Shown here: positions 1 through 8,203 of the stretch, piece after piece
How positions within the stretch are numbered: position 1 is the stretch's first letter
How the letters are laid out: every line of letters starts with the position of its first letter
Source: Klebsiella pneumoniae
GTDB taxonomy: Bacteria > Myxococcota_A > UBA796 > SXON01
DNA length: 64,000 nt
Direction of reading: 5' to 3'
NCBI GenBank assembly: GCA_945861635.1
Contig: CAMAWH010000002.1
Coordinates: 54,349 to 118,348, forward strand
Notes under the pieces: model-generated
What the model saw: the letters and a program-made list of their open reading frames with translations, nothing else
What the model was told of the DNA's origin: nothing
Databases searched by the model: none
Made by a program: the position numbers and the translations under genes

Positions 1-308
1 AGGAGAATGATCGTGTTCGCGTGCTGCGGTACCACGACAAGCCGGGCGAGAGGACGTCCATGCACGCGCACCCGGACCTCGTGCTCTACGCGGTCTCCCC
101 GTTTCGACGCCGGCTGACGTTCGAGGATGGGAAGACCAGGGAGTTGGAGTTCAAGGCAGGCGACGTCGTCCTGCTCCCTGGGCAGAAGCACATCGGAGAG
201 AACATCGGATCCACGGATACCGAGGTCCTGATCGTCGAGCTGCGGGAACCGCGCCCCATCGCCGCCCCGAACGTTGGCGTCACCACTTCGCCGGCAACGG
301 AGCCGTAG
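1..308 (+). CDS. cupin-domain protein, 5' end outside window
   Basis: ORF 21..308 stays open in frame back to base 3 (ENDRVRVLRYHD...). Cupin-like HAHPD ... GDVVLLPG ... H motifs. High GC3. Confidence 0.6.
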   Translation, partial: ENDRVRVLRYHDKPGERTSMHAHPDLVLYAVSPFRRRLTFEDGKTRELEFKAGDVVLLPGQKHIGENIGSTDTEVLIVELREPRPIAAPNVGVTTSPATEP

Positions 309-456
309 GTCCTCGTCCTGCGCCCTCGGTGTAGTGCGCTCAACCCGGCACCTCGATCCAGAAGAGCGCCCCCGCCATCCGCGTCCTCGCCACCGAGCCG
401 CCCCCCGTAGGCGAGGGGGACCTCCCGGGAGATGGCGCCCGACCTTCTGGCGCCGC

Positions 457-485
457 TTGTCGAACGCATGATGACGTCATATGAT
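457..485 (+). promoter_or_regulatory. sigma70-like promoter of vapBC (TTGTCG-17-TATGAT), apparently leaderless
   Basis: TTGTCG 457-462, 17-nt spacer, TATGAT 480-485. The -10 ends 6 nt before the vapB ATG at 492 and there is no Shine-Dalgarno. Palindrome ATGACGTCAT at 471-480 lies in the spacer. Confidence 0.45.
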
Positions 486-491
486 AACATC

Positions 492-722
492 ATGCGAACG
501 ATCATCGACCTCCCCGACGATCAGCTCGCCGCCCTCGACGCCTGGCGTGTCGCCCACGGGGTGAGCCGTGCAGAAGCTGTCCGCCGCGCAGTGGCGAGGC
601 TCCTCGACGACGAGCCGGTCCGACGCGCTGCGATCGATGCGGCCCGCGGCCTGTGGGCCGACCGCGACGAGGACGGCCTGGCGTACCAGGAGCGCCTGCG
701 CTCGGAATGGGAGGGCCGATGA
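492..722 (+). CDS. vapB: ribbon-helix-helix antitoxin (VapB/CopG-like)
   Basis: MRTIIDLPDDQLAALDAWRVAHGVSRAEAVRRAV is a typical RHH N-terminus. Stop overlaps the vapC start (ATGA at 719-722). Internal ATG of ORF 432..722 chosen. Confidence 0.75.
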   Translation: MRTIIDLPDDQLAALDAWRVAHGVSRAEAVRRAVARLLDDEPVRRAAIDAARGLWADRDEDGLAYQERLRSEWEGR

Positions 723-1087
723 GCCACGTGCTGGACACCTGCATCCTCATCGACCATCTGCGAAACGTTGAGCATGCAACTCGGTTTATCGGTAGTTTGC
801 GCTCCGCGGGCATTAGCGCGATCAGCTGGATGGAGGTGCTCGTGGGTGCTCGCAACGAACGGGAGCAGCAAGCGCTGAGGGCATTCCTGTCCGCGTACGA
901 CGTACTTTCCATCGATGACGCGGTCGCCGAGGAGGCCGTCCGGCTCCGTCGCAGCCAACGCTTGAAGCTCCCCGACGCGATCATACTCGCGACGGCTCGC
1001 GTACATGGTCGTGAGCTGGCGACGCGAAACACCCGGGACTTCCCAGCTGACTCGCCGGGTGTCTTCGTCCCCTACCAGCTCACCTGA
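719..1087 (+). CDS. vapC: PIN-domain ribonuclease toxin VapC
   Basis: MSHVLDTCILIDHLR ... SWMEVLVG ... LPDAIILATA ... TRNTRDF carries the PIN acidic residues. Internal ATG of ORF 653..1087, coupled to vapB. Confidence 0.85.
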   Translation: MSHVLDTCILIDHLRNVEHATRFIGSLRSAGISAISWMEVLVGARNEREQQALRAFLSAYDVLSIDDAVAEEAVRLRRSQRLKLPDAIILATARVHGRELATRNTRDFPADSPGVFVPYQLT

Positions 1088-1387
1088 TCCGTGAACGGAA
1101 GGCCAGCTTGAACTCATCCATCTGAAGACGAACGTCCGGGCCGGGTGCGACGCAAACAGTTCGAACCTGTTCTAATAACCCCCACCACATCCCATCGCCT
1201 GCCCTCGCGTTCGGGCGCCGTCTACCGTTGCGACATGTTGTTGCCGCTTGCATTGGTGCGGTGCCCAACGCTGGCGATGCACTGCACCCAACGCCGCAAA
1301 CGATCGCGGGGGACGATGCGATCGGCGACGCGCCGCAACAGTGGCATCAGCAGGCCCATCTACGGACAGCTTACACTCTCGCCCGCC

Positions 1388-2257
1388 ATGCGCGCCGCTT
1401 CCTTGCTCAACTTTACTCTGGGCGAACCCCCGCCCGCGCGCCCGCCCGAGCCGGGTAGCGCCGGTTTTGTACTGTTCGTCTGTTCGGCTGCGGCCCTCGG
1501 AATGGAGCTGGCACTCAAACACGCGCTGAAGATGGACGATCCCATGGGGATGGCAGGGTGGCGGTATGCCGCACACGGCGCACTGCCCCTGTTGGCGCTG
1601 GCCGCCTGGCAATCGGTGCGGCTCCGTCGGTCACGACTCGCGGTTGTGCTTGCATGTCCGCTGGTCCTGGCACCCCTCGCTGCTGGGACGTTTGGTCGCA
1701 TGCCGGCGTTGATCGCGGATTGGCGATGGTTGGTCATCCCGACGCTGGCGGGAGTCACGCTTCTGGCTGCCGCGATGCGGTATCTCGAACCCGAGCGGTT
1801 TGGACTCACGATGGGGGACTGGCGGTGGTGGGCGCCGCGAACCGCCGCGTTCGTCGTCATCGTCGTGCCTTCGGTTACGGTATTTTGTTTTCTATTTCCC
1901 TCGTTGATTGAGTATTATCCGGTTTGGGACCATGCAGATCACGACGCCCGATTGTTGGCGCACGAAACGATCGCCGTCGGGCTCGACATGTTGTCGTGGG
2001 AGTTTCTGTTCCGCGGCGTACTTCTGTTTGCCTGTCTGCAGCGCGGCGACTGGCTGACTGCGGTGCTCATTCAGTCCTTTCCCTTCTTTATCCTGCACTA
2101 TCGAAAGCCAGAGCCTGAGCTCATCGCGGCGTGGGCGGGCGGTGTTGCGGCCGGGATGTTCGCCATTCGCGCGCGGTCGTTCTGGCCGCTCTGGATCATG
2201 CATTGGACCCAATTGGCCTGGATGAGTACGCTCGGCTTTCTCGCCATCAACGGCTGA
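1388..2257 (+). CDS. CPBP (CAAX/Abi) family intramembrane metalloprotease
   Basis: Multi-TM protein with LSWEFLFRGVLLF (ExxxR motif) and FPFFILHY (FxxxH motif). Start is uncertain anywhere in 1145-1388; GC3 is low in the first about 90 nt of the ORF. Confidence 0.65.
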   Translation: MRAASLLNFTLGEPPPARPPEPGSAGFVLFVCSAAALGMELALKHALKMDDPMGMAGWRYAAHGALPLLALAAWQSVRLRRSRLAVVLACPLVLAPLAAGTFGRMPALIADWRWLVIPTLAGVTLLAAAMRYLEPERFGLTMGDWRWWAPRTAAFVVIVVPSVTVFCFLFPSLIEYYPVWDHADHDARLLAHETIAVGLDMLSWEFLFRGVLLFACLQRGDWLTAVLIQSFPFFILHYRKPEPELIAAWAGGVAAGMFAIRARSFWPLWIMHWTQLAWMSTLGFLAING

Positions 2258-2270
2258 TTTACACTCACAA

Positions 2271-2286
2271 TCAATCGTTCGATTGA
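2271..2286. promoter_or_regulatory. palindrome TCAATCG-TT-CGATTGA, candidate TetR operator overlapping a TTGACA hexamer
   Basis: 7-bp arms with a 2-nt spacer, 32 nt upstream of the PhyH ATG. Right arm overlaps TTGACA at 2283-2288. Flanked by direct ACACTC repeats at 2261-2266 and 2286-2291. Confidence 0.35.
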
Positions 2287-2317
2287 CACTCGACCACCGC
2301 GGAGATACGGGCGGCGC

Positions 2318-3118
2318 ATGGACGCCCCTGCCTTTACGCTCGGTGACGAGATCACGACCGAACAGCGCGAGTTCATCGATCGGTTCGGCTTCATCCGATT
2401 CCGGGGGGTCGCCAGTCAGTCCGAGGTACATGGACTGCGCGTCGCGATGGAGGAAATCCAAACCAGCTTCCTCGCAGAGGGCCGAACGAAAGTTCACGGC
2501 GTGCCGCTGAAGTTTGGAAAAAATGAAGACGGGACGCCGTTCATCAACCGGTTCGCCTTCGCCTCGCGCTATCACACGGCGTTTCACAGCCTCGTGCACG
2601 ATGCCCGTTTGGAAGGCGTGCGGCGGTTCATCTCACCCAACGCGCGGGTGGGTGACGTGGAAAAAGATGGCGTCGTCGTGAACAACTTCATCAACCACCC
2701 TGGCTCCGCGTACAGCAGGCTCGGCTGGCACACGGATGGGCTGCGCGACATTTTCTACGGGCACATGCCGAAGCGCATGCTGAACGTAGGCCTGTACCTC
2801 GATGATTCCCCGCGGCAAAAAGGTGGGCTGCGCCTGTTGCCCGGAACGCATACGCAAGGGCTGTGGCGCATGCTGACCCGTAAACTCCACTTTCTGGATA
2901 ATCGGGCGGATCCCGAGGAGATCTGCGTGGAGGCGTCCGCGGGAGACCTGACGCTGCACGATGGCCGTCTTTGGCACCGAACCGCCCGCGCCGACTGCCG
3001 CGGCGTCGCGTCGCAGCGCCGCGTGATGTACGTCCCCTTCGTCACCGGACCGCGCGTCGTCAAGACGGAGGCGAGTCCGACCCCGGCCTACCACTACCTG
3101 CAAAAGTTGGTCGGATGA
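2318..3118 (+). CDS. phytanoyl-CoA dioxygenase (PhyH) family Fe(II)/2-oxoglutarate oxygenase
   Basis: GWHTDG (HxD) and LHDGRLWHRT (distal His) motifs. Length of 266 aa fits the family. Confidence 0.8.
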   Translation: MDAPAFTLGDEITTEQREFIDRFGFIRFRGVASQSEVHGLRVAMEEIQTSFLAEGRTKVHGVPLKFGKNEDGTPFINRFAFASRYHTAFHSLVHDARLEGVRRFISPNARVGDVEKDGVVVNNFINHPGSAYSRLGWHTDGLRDIFYGHMPKRMLNVGLYLDDSPRQKGGLRLLPGTHTQGLWRMLTRKLHFLDNRADPEEICVEASAGDLTLHDGRLWHRTARADCRGVASQRRVMYVPFVTGPRVVKTEASPTPAYHYLQKLVG

Positions 3119-3651
3119 CGCCGATACCGACTTCTCGGCTCATCGCAGCCATTCTCGGTCTGCTCGCGGCCGTCTCGATTGTTGGCTGGGTTGCCCGCGT
3201 TCCGGTCACGACGTTCTCGACCGCGGTGTTGACGCGCACGGGGCTCCCCGGACTGTTCGCACTCGTGGTCGTAACCGACCCCTTACCGGGAGTCGGATTT
3301 CAGCCTGCACTTTTCGTGGGCTGGACGGGCGGCTTGGATGCCGCCGTCGTGTCGATCGTCGTGTTCCTGGGTTCACTCACGGGCTCGGCGCTCGGGTGGC
3401 TGCTCGGTCGCGTGAGCGCGAGATCCGTGCTGGGTCCGCTCGAGCAATATGGAATCGCAGCCATGATTTTGCGGCACCGCTGGCGTGCCGTGGCACTGGC
3501 GGCGGTGACGCCGTTGCCGTTCGGCGTCGCCACGCTTGGCGCAGGCGCCCTCGGACTCTCATTCGGCGAAACCATGGCGGGTGCATCACTGCGCGGAATA
3601 AAAATCGCGGTGATCCTCGGTTTGTTCGCCCTTGGATGGGGAGAGCGGTGA
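3115..3651 (+). CDS. small polytopic membrane protein (DedA/VTT-like)
   Basis: Internal ATG of ORF 2971..3651 overlaps the PhyH stop (ATGA at 3115-3118). About 5 hydrophobic segments. Confidence 0.6.
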   Translation: MTPIPTSRLIAAILGLLAAVSIVGWVARVPVTTFSTAVLTRTGLPGLFALVVVTDPLPGVGFQPALFVGWTGGLDAAVVSIVVFLGSLTGSALGWLLGRVSARSVLGPLEQYGIAAMILRHRWRAVALAAVTPLPFGVATLGAGALGLSFGETMAGASLRGIKIAVILGLFALGWGER

Positions 3652-4217
3652 GCGAAGCCGTTCGGTGCCAGATTCTCGACGCCGTCGTTGAGCCGTTTGC
3701 CGCGCACGGGTTCGACGGCGCGTCCACACGGGCGCTGGCCAGCGCGGCAGGCGTCAACATCTCCACGCTCGCCTACCACTTCCGAGACAAGCAAGGGCTG
3801 TACGACGCCACGATCCACCGAATCTACATGCGCATTGCGACGTTGGACCTGACGCCGCCGCCCGGCACCCGTGAGCAGCAGGTGCGCACCCTCACCCACC
3901 GGGCATACGCCTTTGCCCGTGCTCACCGCAGCGAAATCCGGATCCTCGTCCACCATCTCGTGACGACGCACCACCTGCCACCGGCGGTGCGTCAGCGTTG
4001 GTTGGGGCCGCTCGTAACGAAGGCGCAGGCGCTCACGGAGGCACTTGGCCTTCCGGCGCGGGACTACCGAATGCCGCTCCTGTCACTCCAGCACCTCGTG
4101 GTTCGCTACGCGATCAGTGAACCGAATGATCTCGCGCTGATGACGGACGCGCCGGATCCGCACGCCGCCGTCGCGGAGCACCTCGCGGACGTGGCGGTGC
4201 GGCTGCTGCTGCAATGA
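3648..4217 (+). CDS. TetR family transcriptional regulator
   Basis: ILDAVVEPFAAHGFDGASTRALASAAGVNISTLAYHFRDKQGLY is a TetR HTH. GTG start overlaps the upstream stop (GTGA at 3648-3651). Confidence 0.85.
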   Translation: MSEAVRCQILDAVVEPFAAHGFDGASTRALASAAGVNISTLAYHFRDKQGLYDATIHRIYMRIATLDLTPPPGTREQQVRTLTHRAYAFARAHRSEIRILVHHLVTTHHLPPAVRQRWLGPLVTKAQALTEALGLPARDYRMPLLSLQHLVVRYAISEPNDLALMTDAPDPHAAVAEHLADVAVRLLLQ

Positions 4218-4309
4218 CGCGGGCAGCTGACGAGAACGCGCGTCCCGACGTACTGGGTTCCGGAGTGATCCCGGCGAATCCAGCGTTCCGACGTTACCCT
4301 GCGCTGCTC

Positions 4310-6205
4310 ATGCGCCTGCTCCCGTCCATCTTCCTGGTCGCCGCTTGCTCGGACTTCAACCTCCAAGGCAAGAAGCCCGATCCTGGACACGATCCGGACG
4401 ACACAGGTCCGTTCGGCCACGACACCGGGGTCGATAATTCCTGCGTCGCCGGAGACTTCCCGCCGGCCGCCGTCGCTCCGACCGACGCGTGTGACTACGA
4501 CATTGGCGGTTTCGAGCCGGTGGTCGAATGGGAAGTCGCGGGGACCCACGTTGCGTCCTTGCCGGCCGTCGCGGACCTCGACGGTGACGGCATGCCGGAA
4601 ATCATCGTGAACGAAATGCCGTCAGCGCTGCCTCTGAATCCGGGGGAACTCGCCGCGTACCATGGAGATGGTTCGGGCAAGCTGTGGTCCACGAGCGGCG
4701 CCAAAACGGGGTTTGGTTCCCACCCCGCCGTCGCGGACATCGATGACGACGGCGTGCCCGAGATATTCATCGTTCGGGAATATCAAAGCTCCCTCTTTGG
4801 TGCCGGTGAGTACTCCGTCATTCGAGTCAGCTGGGCGGGTGACGTCGTCGGGGAGTCGGAACACTTCATCGACGCGGAATTCGACTACGCAACGGGAATC
4901 GCCATCTCCGACATGGACCATGACGGCTCGCCTGAAATCGTCGCTGGGCGAGTCATCCTGAACGAAGACCTGACAACGCGCGGAGTCGGTCGGGATGGCC
5001 GAGGTTGTGATGCGCTCGTCGGTTTCGGATTCATTTACGGAGAAGGGTCCAATCCCGCGGTTGCGGACATGGACCTCGACGGCGTGGAGGAAGTCGTCGT
5101 CGGCAATGCGTACTACGATCCCGACGGCAAGACAATCATGGCCGTGCACAGCGGCGGCAAGGACGGGGCCGTGGCCATCGGTAACTTTGACGCCGACCCC
5201 GAAGGGGAATTCGTACGCGTCACCTACAACCAGATTGAGGCCTACGACACCGATGGGAGCTCGATGTGGGGGCCGATCAACTTCCCGGAACCCGTGAACA
5301 TTCTCGCGATTCCAGGCGTCGCCGATGTGGATAATGACGGCCGGGCCGAAATCGTCACGGCCGGAGGAGACACACTGTGGGTGCTGAACGCGGAGGACGG
5401 GTCCGAGTTGTGGCGCGCGTCGGTGGTGGACCAAAGCGGAGCAACCGGCGCCTCGTTCTTTGACTTCGACGGTGATGGCGTTCTGGAGGTAGTTTACGTC
5501 GATGAAATCCAAATTTATGCATTCAATGGTCCAGACGGCGTCGTGAAATTTCGCACCGACAAACATGGTAGCGACACGATGTACGACTACCCGGTCATCG
5601 CTGACGTCGATAACGACGGCCACGCCGAGATCGTCGTCGCACACGACGGCTTCTACCCGGCTGGGTTCAGCGTGTACGGTGATGAAACGAACTCGTGGAC
5701 GCCCGCGCGAAAGGTCTGGAACCAGCACCCCTACAACATCACCAACATCAACGACGACTTGAGCGTGCCGGTCACCGCCGTCCAGAACTTCACGAAGTAC
5801 AACAGCTTTCACTCGGCGCTTCCTCTTGCCTCCGGCGCATCCCTGGGAGACGAGCTGGACGCGGAGATTTTGTCGGTGTGTGAGGACGATTGCGACCACG
5901 GAAGCATTCTCGTCATCGCGCACGGCCGAAACACCGGAAATGGTGAGGTGCCCGCTGGGATTTCCTTCGCGCTGTACGGGCGCAAGGACGACGTAGATAC
6001 GCTTCTCGCCACGGCCATCACCACCCTGCCAACGCCCGCGGAAATGACCACCGAGGCCGTCTCTTTCACGCCGGACTCCGAAGCAGTCGTGGCCCTCGAC
6101 GCGCTCTGGGTGGTCGTGGATGACGACGGCACGGGAACCAGCCACCTCGCCGAATGCGTTGAGGAAAACAACGGCGCCATCGCGCACGGCCCGTTCTGCA
6201 AGTGA
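4310..6205 (+). CDS. FG-GAP/VCBS repeat beta-propeller lipoprotein
   Basis: MRLLPSIFLVAAC lipobox. Seven DxDxDG-type repeats: ADLDGDGMPEII, ADIDDDGVPEIF, SDMDHDGSPEIV, ADMDLDGVEEVV, ADVDNDGRAEIV, FDFDGDGVLEVV, ADVDNDGHAEIV. An alternative ATG at 4214 overlaps the TetR stop. Confidence 0.8.
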   Translation: MRLLPSIFLVAACSDFNLQGKKPDPGHDPDDTGPFGHDTGVDNSCVAGDFPPAAVAPTDACDYDIGGFEPVVEWEVAGTHVASLPAVADLDGDGMPEIIVNEMPSALPLNPGELAAYHGDGSGKLWSTSGAKTGFGSHPAVADIDDDGVPEIFIVREYQSSLFGAGEYSVIRVSWAGDVVGESEHFIDAEFDYATGIAISDMDHDGSPEIVAGRVILNEDLTTRGVGRDGRGCDALVGFGFIYGEGSNPAVADMDLDGVEEVVVGNAYYDPDGKTIMAVHSGGKDGAVAIGNFDADPEGEFVRVTYNQIEAYDTDGSSMWGPINFPEPVNILAIPGVADVDNDGRAEIVTAGGDTLWVLNAEDGSELWRASVVDQSGATGASFFDFDGDGVLEVVYVDEIQIYAFNGPDGVVKFRTDKHGSDTMYDYPVIADVDNDGHAEIVVAHDGFYPAGFSVYGDETNSWTPARKVWNQHPYNITNINDDLSVPVTAVQNFTKYNSFHSALPLASGASLGDELDAEILSVCEDDCDHGSILVIAHGRNTGNGEVPAGISFALYGRKDDVDTLLATAITTLPTPAEMTTEAVSFTPDSEAVVALDALWVVVDDDGTGTSHLAECVEENNGAIAHGPFCK

Positions 6206-6212
6206 CCGCACG

Positions 6213-6758
6213 ATGAGACGCCGTTTCCTCATCGGTCTGGCGCTCAGCGCCGTCCTCGTCGTCATCGGTGCGCTGCCTTGCTTGGCCATCGTTCCTGACA
6301 ACGAGATGGCGCCGACGCTCCTCGCCGGTGACCTGGTGTTGGTCCTTCCCGGTACGCCGGTCGCCGGTGTTGTCGTTGCCGTGGTTGACCCGCTGGACAA
6401 CAGCAGGTGGACGTTTCGCCGCGTGGAGACCGTCGGCGGTGCCGTTCGCTACGATGACGGCGTTTTTCGCACCGGCGGGGATCGCGAGTCGGTCGTCGAA
6501 ATGGGCATTGAAGGTGACTTCCACGTCCTGTTTCAGGAGGGCCATCTGGTCCGCCAGTCGACACGGGCGGTGCACTGGGAAATGGATGAGGTCGGTGTCG
6601 CCGACGACGCCGCGTTCGTGAGCGCCGACGCGCGGGACGAAGCGGTGGACTCGCGCTGGTGGGGAGCCATTCCGCTGGACGCCGTGCGCGGCTTGGTGCG
6701 CCTACGCGTCGCGGCGCCGCAGCATCCGTGGCGGGGTTGGGTCACCACCGCGCCTTGA
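6213..6758 (+). CDS. signal peptidase I (S26) homologue with substituted catalytic dyad
   Basis: N-terminal TM segment. Box B VPDNEMAPTLLAGDLVLV aligns to E. coli IPSGSMMPTLLIGDFILV. Box D is FRRVE where E. coli has IKRAV. Box E is ADARDEAVDSRWWGAIP where E. coli has GDNRDNSADSRYWGFVP. Confidence 0.65.
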   Translation: MRRRFLIGLALSAVLVVIGALPCLAIVPDNEMAPTLLAGDLVLVLPGTPVAGVVVAVVDPLDNSRWTFRRVETVGGAVRYDDGVFRTGGDRESVVEMGIEGDFHVLFQEGHLVRQSTRAVHWEMDEVGVADDAAFVSADARDEAVDSRWWGAIPLDAVRGLVRLRVAAPQHPWRGWVTTAP

Positions 6759-6763
6759 CGGAC

Positions 6764-7375
6764 TTACTCCTGGTACGAATATCGCTCGTCCAACCAAGGA
6801 TCTGCGCGGTTGTGGTAGCCACGCTCCTCCCAGAACCCGCGGCGATTCGCCTCCAGAAACTCCACCCCCGAAATCCATTTCGCGCTTTTCCAGGCGTACA
6901 AGTGGTGGACAATCAAACGGATCGGCCCGCCATGCTCCGGCGTGATCGGTTCGCCGTCGTGGTGCGTACAAAAAAGGTTTTCGGGTCTGGCAAAATCTTC
7001 GAATGCCAGATTGGTCGTGTACCCAATTTCGTCGTAACTGTGAAGCAGCACGTGCGTGCACGTCGGCCTCACCGACACCGCCCGCAGCGCCTCGTCCACG
7101 GACACGCCGCCCCACCGGTTGTCGAACTTCGACCACGTCGTGACGCAGTGCCAATCCCGGGTCACTTCCGCTCTCGGCAGCGTCTGGAATCCGTCCCAAG
7201 TCCATTCCAACGGGCGTTCCACCGCGCCGAAAAGTCGTAGGCGCCACGTCGCTGGATCGAAGGCCGGAATGGCCCCCTCATGCAACACCGGCCAGCCTTT
7301 CACGACCTTCTGTCCGGGCGGTAAACGCTCGCTGGAACGGATCCGCGGCGTCGTCTTGCCAGTACGAAACAGCAC
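6764..7375 (-). CDS. sulfite-oxidase-like molybdopterin oxidoreductase (small YedY/MsrP-related type)
   Basis: RLPPGQKVVKGWPVLHEG ... WHCVTTWSKFDNRWGGV is the Moco-binding fold signature. GTG start preceded by GGAGG with 5-nt spacing. Confidence 0.75.
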   Translation of the reverse strand: MLFRTGKTTPRIRSSERLPPGQKVVKGWPVLHEGAIPAFDPATWRLRLFGAVERPLEWTWDGFQTLPRAEVTRDWHCVTTWSKFDNRWGGVSVDEALRAVSVRPTCTHVLLHSYDEIGYTTNLAFEDFARPENLFCTHHDGEPITPEHGGPIRLIVHHLYAWKSAKWISGVEFLEANRRGFWEERGYHNRADPWLDERYSYQE

Positions 7376-8155
7376 CTACCCCTCCAGTTGCAACTGCTGG
7401 AAGCCGAACTTGATCTTGAGCGTGATTTCGTCGTCCGTGATGTCAAGCGCAACGTCTTCGACGCCCATCTTGAGCTTCAACGGCCCGCCGGCCGGAGACA
7501 CCATCTCCTCAATCTGGTCCTTTTTGAGGATGGGCACGGGGTTGACCTTCGGAATCTGTTGCGCGAGCAGGTGTTCCGCCCCCCGCGAAAGCAGCTGCAA
7601 AATGAAGTTCTCCCCAAGATCGACCTGCACATCCTGCAACTCGCCGATGAGTGCGCGCCGTTCCCTGTCGTAATGGATGTCGCCCAACGAGGCCTCCGCA
7701 CCGATGCGCTTCTCCAGAACGAAAGGAAATTCAATGTTCTCCCTCAGCAGGTACACCTTGCCAGTGGCGACGACTTTGACGTGCGCTTCCACACCGAACT
7801 TCTGATCGGAGTAATGGAAATCGCTGCCTTCGCGGTCGACTTCCACCCGCCAGTCCCCCTGCACCTTGACGACCTCCTCGACCAGCCGGTACACCTGCTC
7901 CCTTCGATTCCCCCACAGGTCGCGGGCCATGTTTTTCCCGCGCACAAGCACCTCCGGCACCTGCCGATCTTCGAGCAGTCCCCGCACTTTTTCACGAACC
8001 TCCAACCGTTTCACCCCGGCGCGAACGTTCTGCACGAGGTCGAACGCGCCATCGCCGATCTTGAAAGGCAGCCCGACCGCAAAGAGGTCGTTCCAAAGCG
8101 CCTTTCCAATGGTGAACTTGAGGTGGTAGCCGTCGCTGATCTGTTTGGCCGCCAT
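7376..8155 (-). CDS. hypothetical cytoplasmic protein (259 aa)
   Basis: High-GC3 ORF. ATG at 8155 is preceded by GGAG. The longer ORF start at 8212 would run into a conserved palindromic element. The TAG stop abuts the next gene's start. Confidence 0.6.
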   Translation of the reverse strand: MAAKQISDGYHLKFTIGKALWNDLFAVGLPFKIGDGAFDLVQNVRAGVKRLEVREKVRGLLEDRQVPEVLVRGKNMARDLWGNRREQVYRLVEEVVKVQGDWRVEVDREGSDFHYSDQKFGVEAHVKVVATGKVYLLRENIEFPFVLEKRIGAEASLGDIHYDRERRALIGELQDVQVDLGENFILQLLSRGAEHLLAQQIPKVNPVPILKKDQIEEMVSPAGGPLKLKMGVEDVALDITDDEITLKIKFGFQQLQLEG

Positions 8156-8203
8156 GCACGCTCCGTAAGCGTGCCAGTGTAGCGCGGATGCGGGCGGGCG
8201 TTG

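Noticed and set aside
4622-6400. 592-aa ORF antisense to the FG-GAP gene. Similar long antisense ORFs occur at 42237..43970 (577 aa), 50326..51888 (520 aa), 8824..9834 and 10532..11482.
   Set aside because: Their translations are Arg/Gly/His-rich and low in complexity, and each overlaps a gene with clear family motifs on the other strand. Long stop-free antisense frames are expected in high-GC DNA, especially opposite GAC/GAT-rich coding.
7373-7378. The 259-aa orphan and the Moco enzyme are in the same frame, separated only by TAG. This raised the possibility of a read-through fusion or a nonsense-split gene.
   Set aside because: A well-spaced GGAGG precedes the GTG, and the Moco family normally starts at this point (M...RLPPGQ). 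Ordinary translational coupling explains the arrangement.
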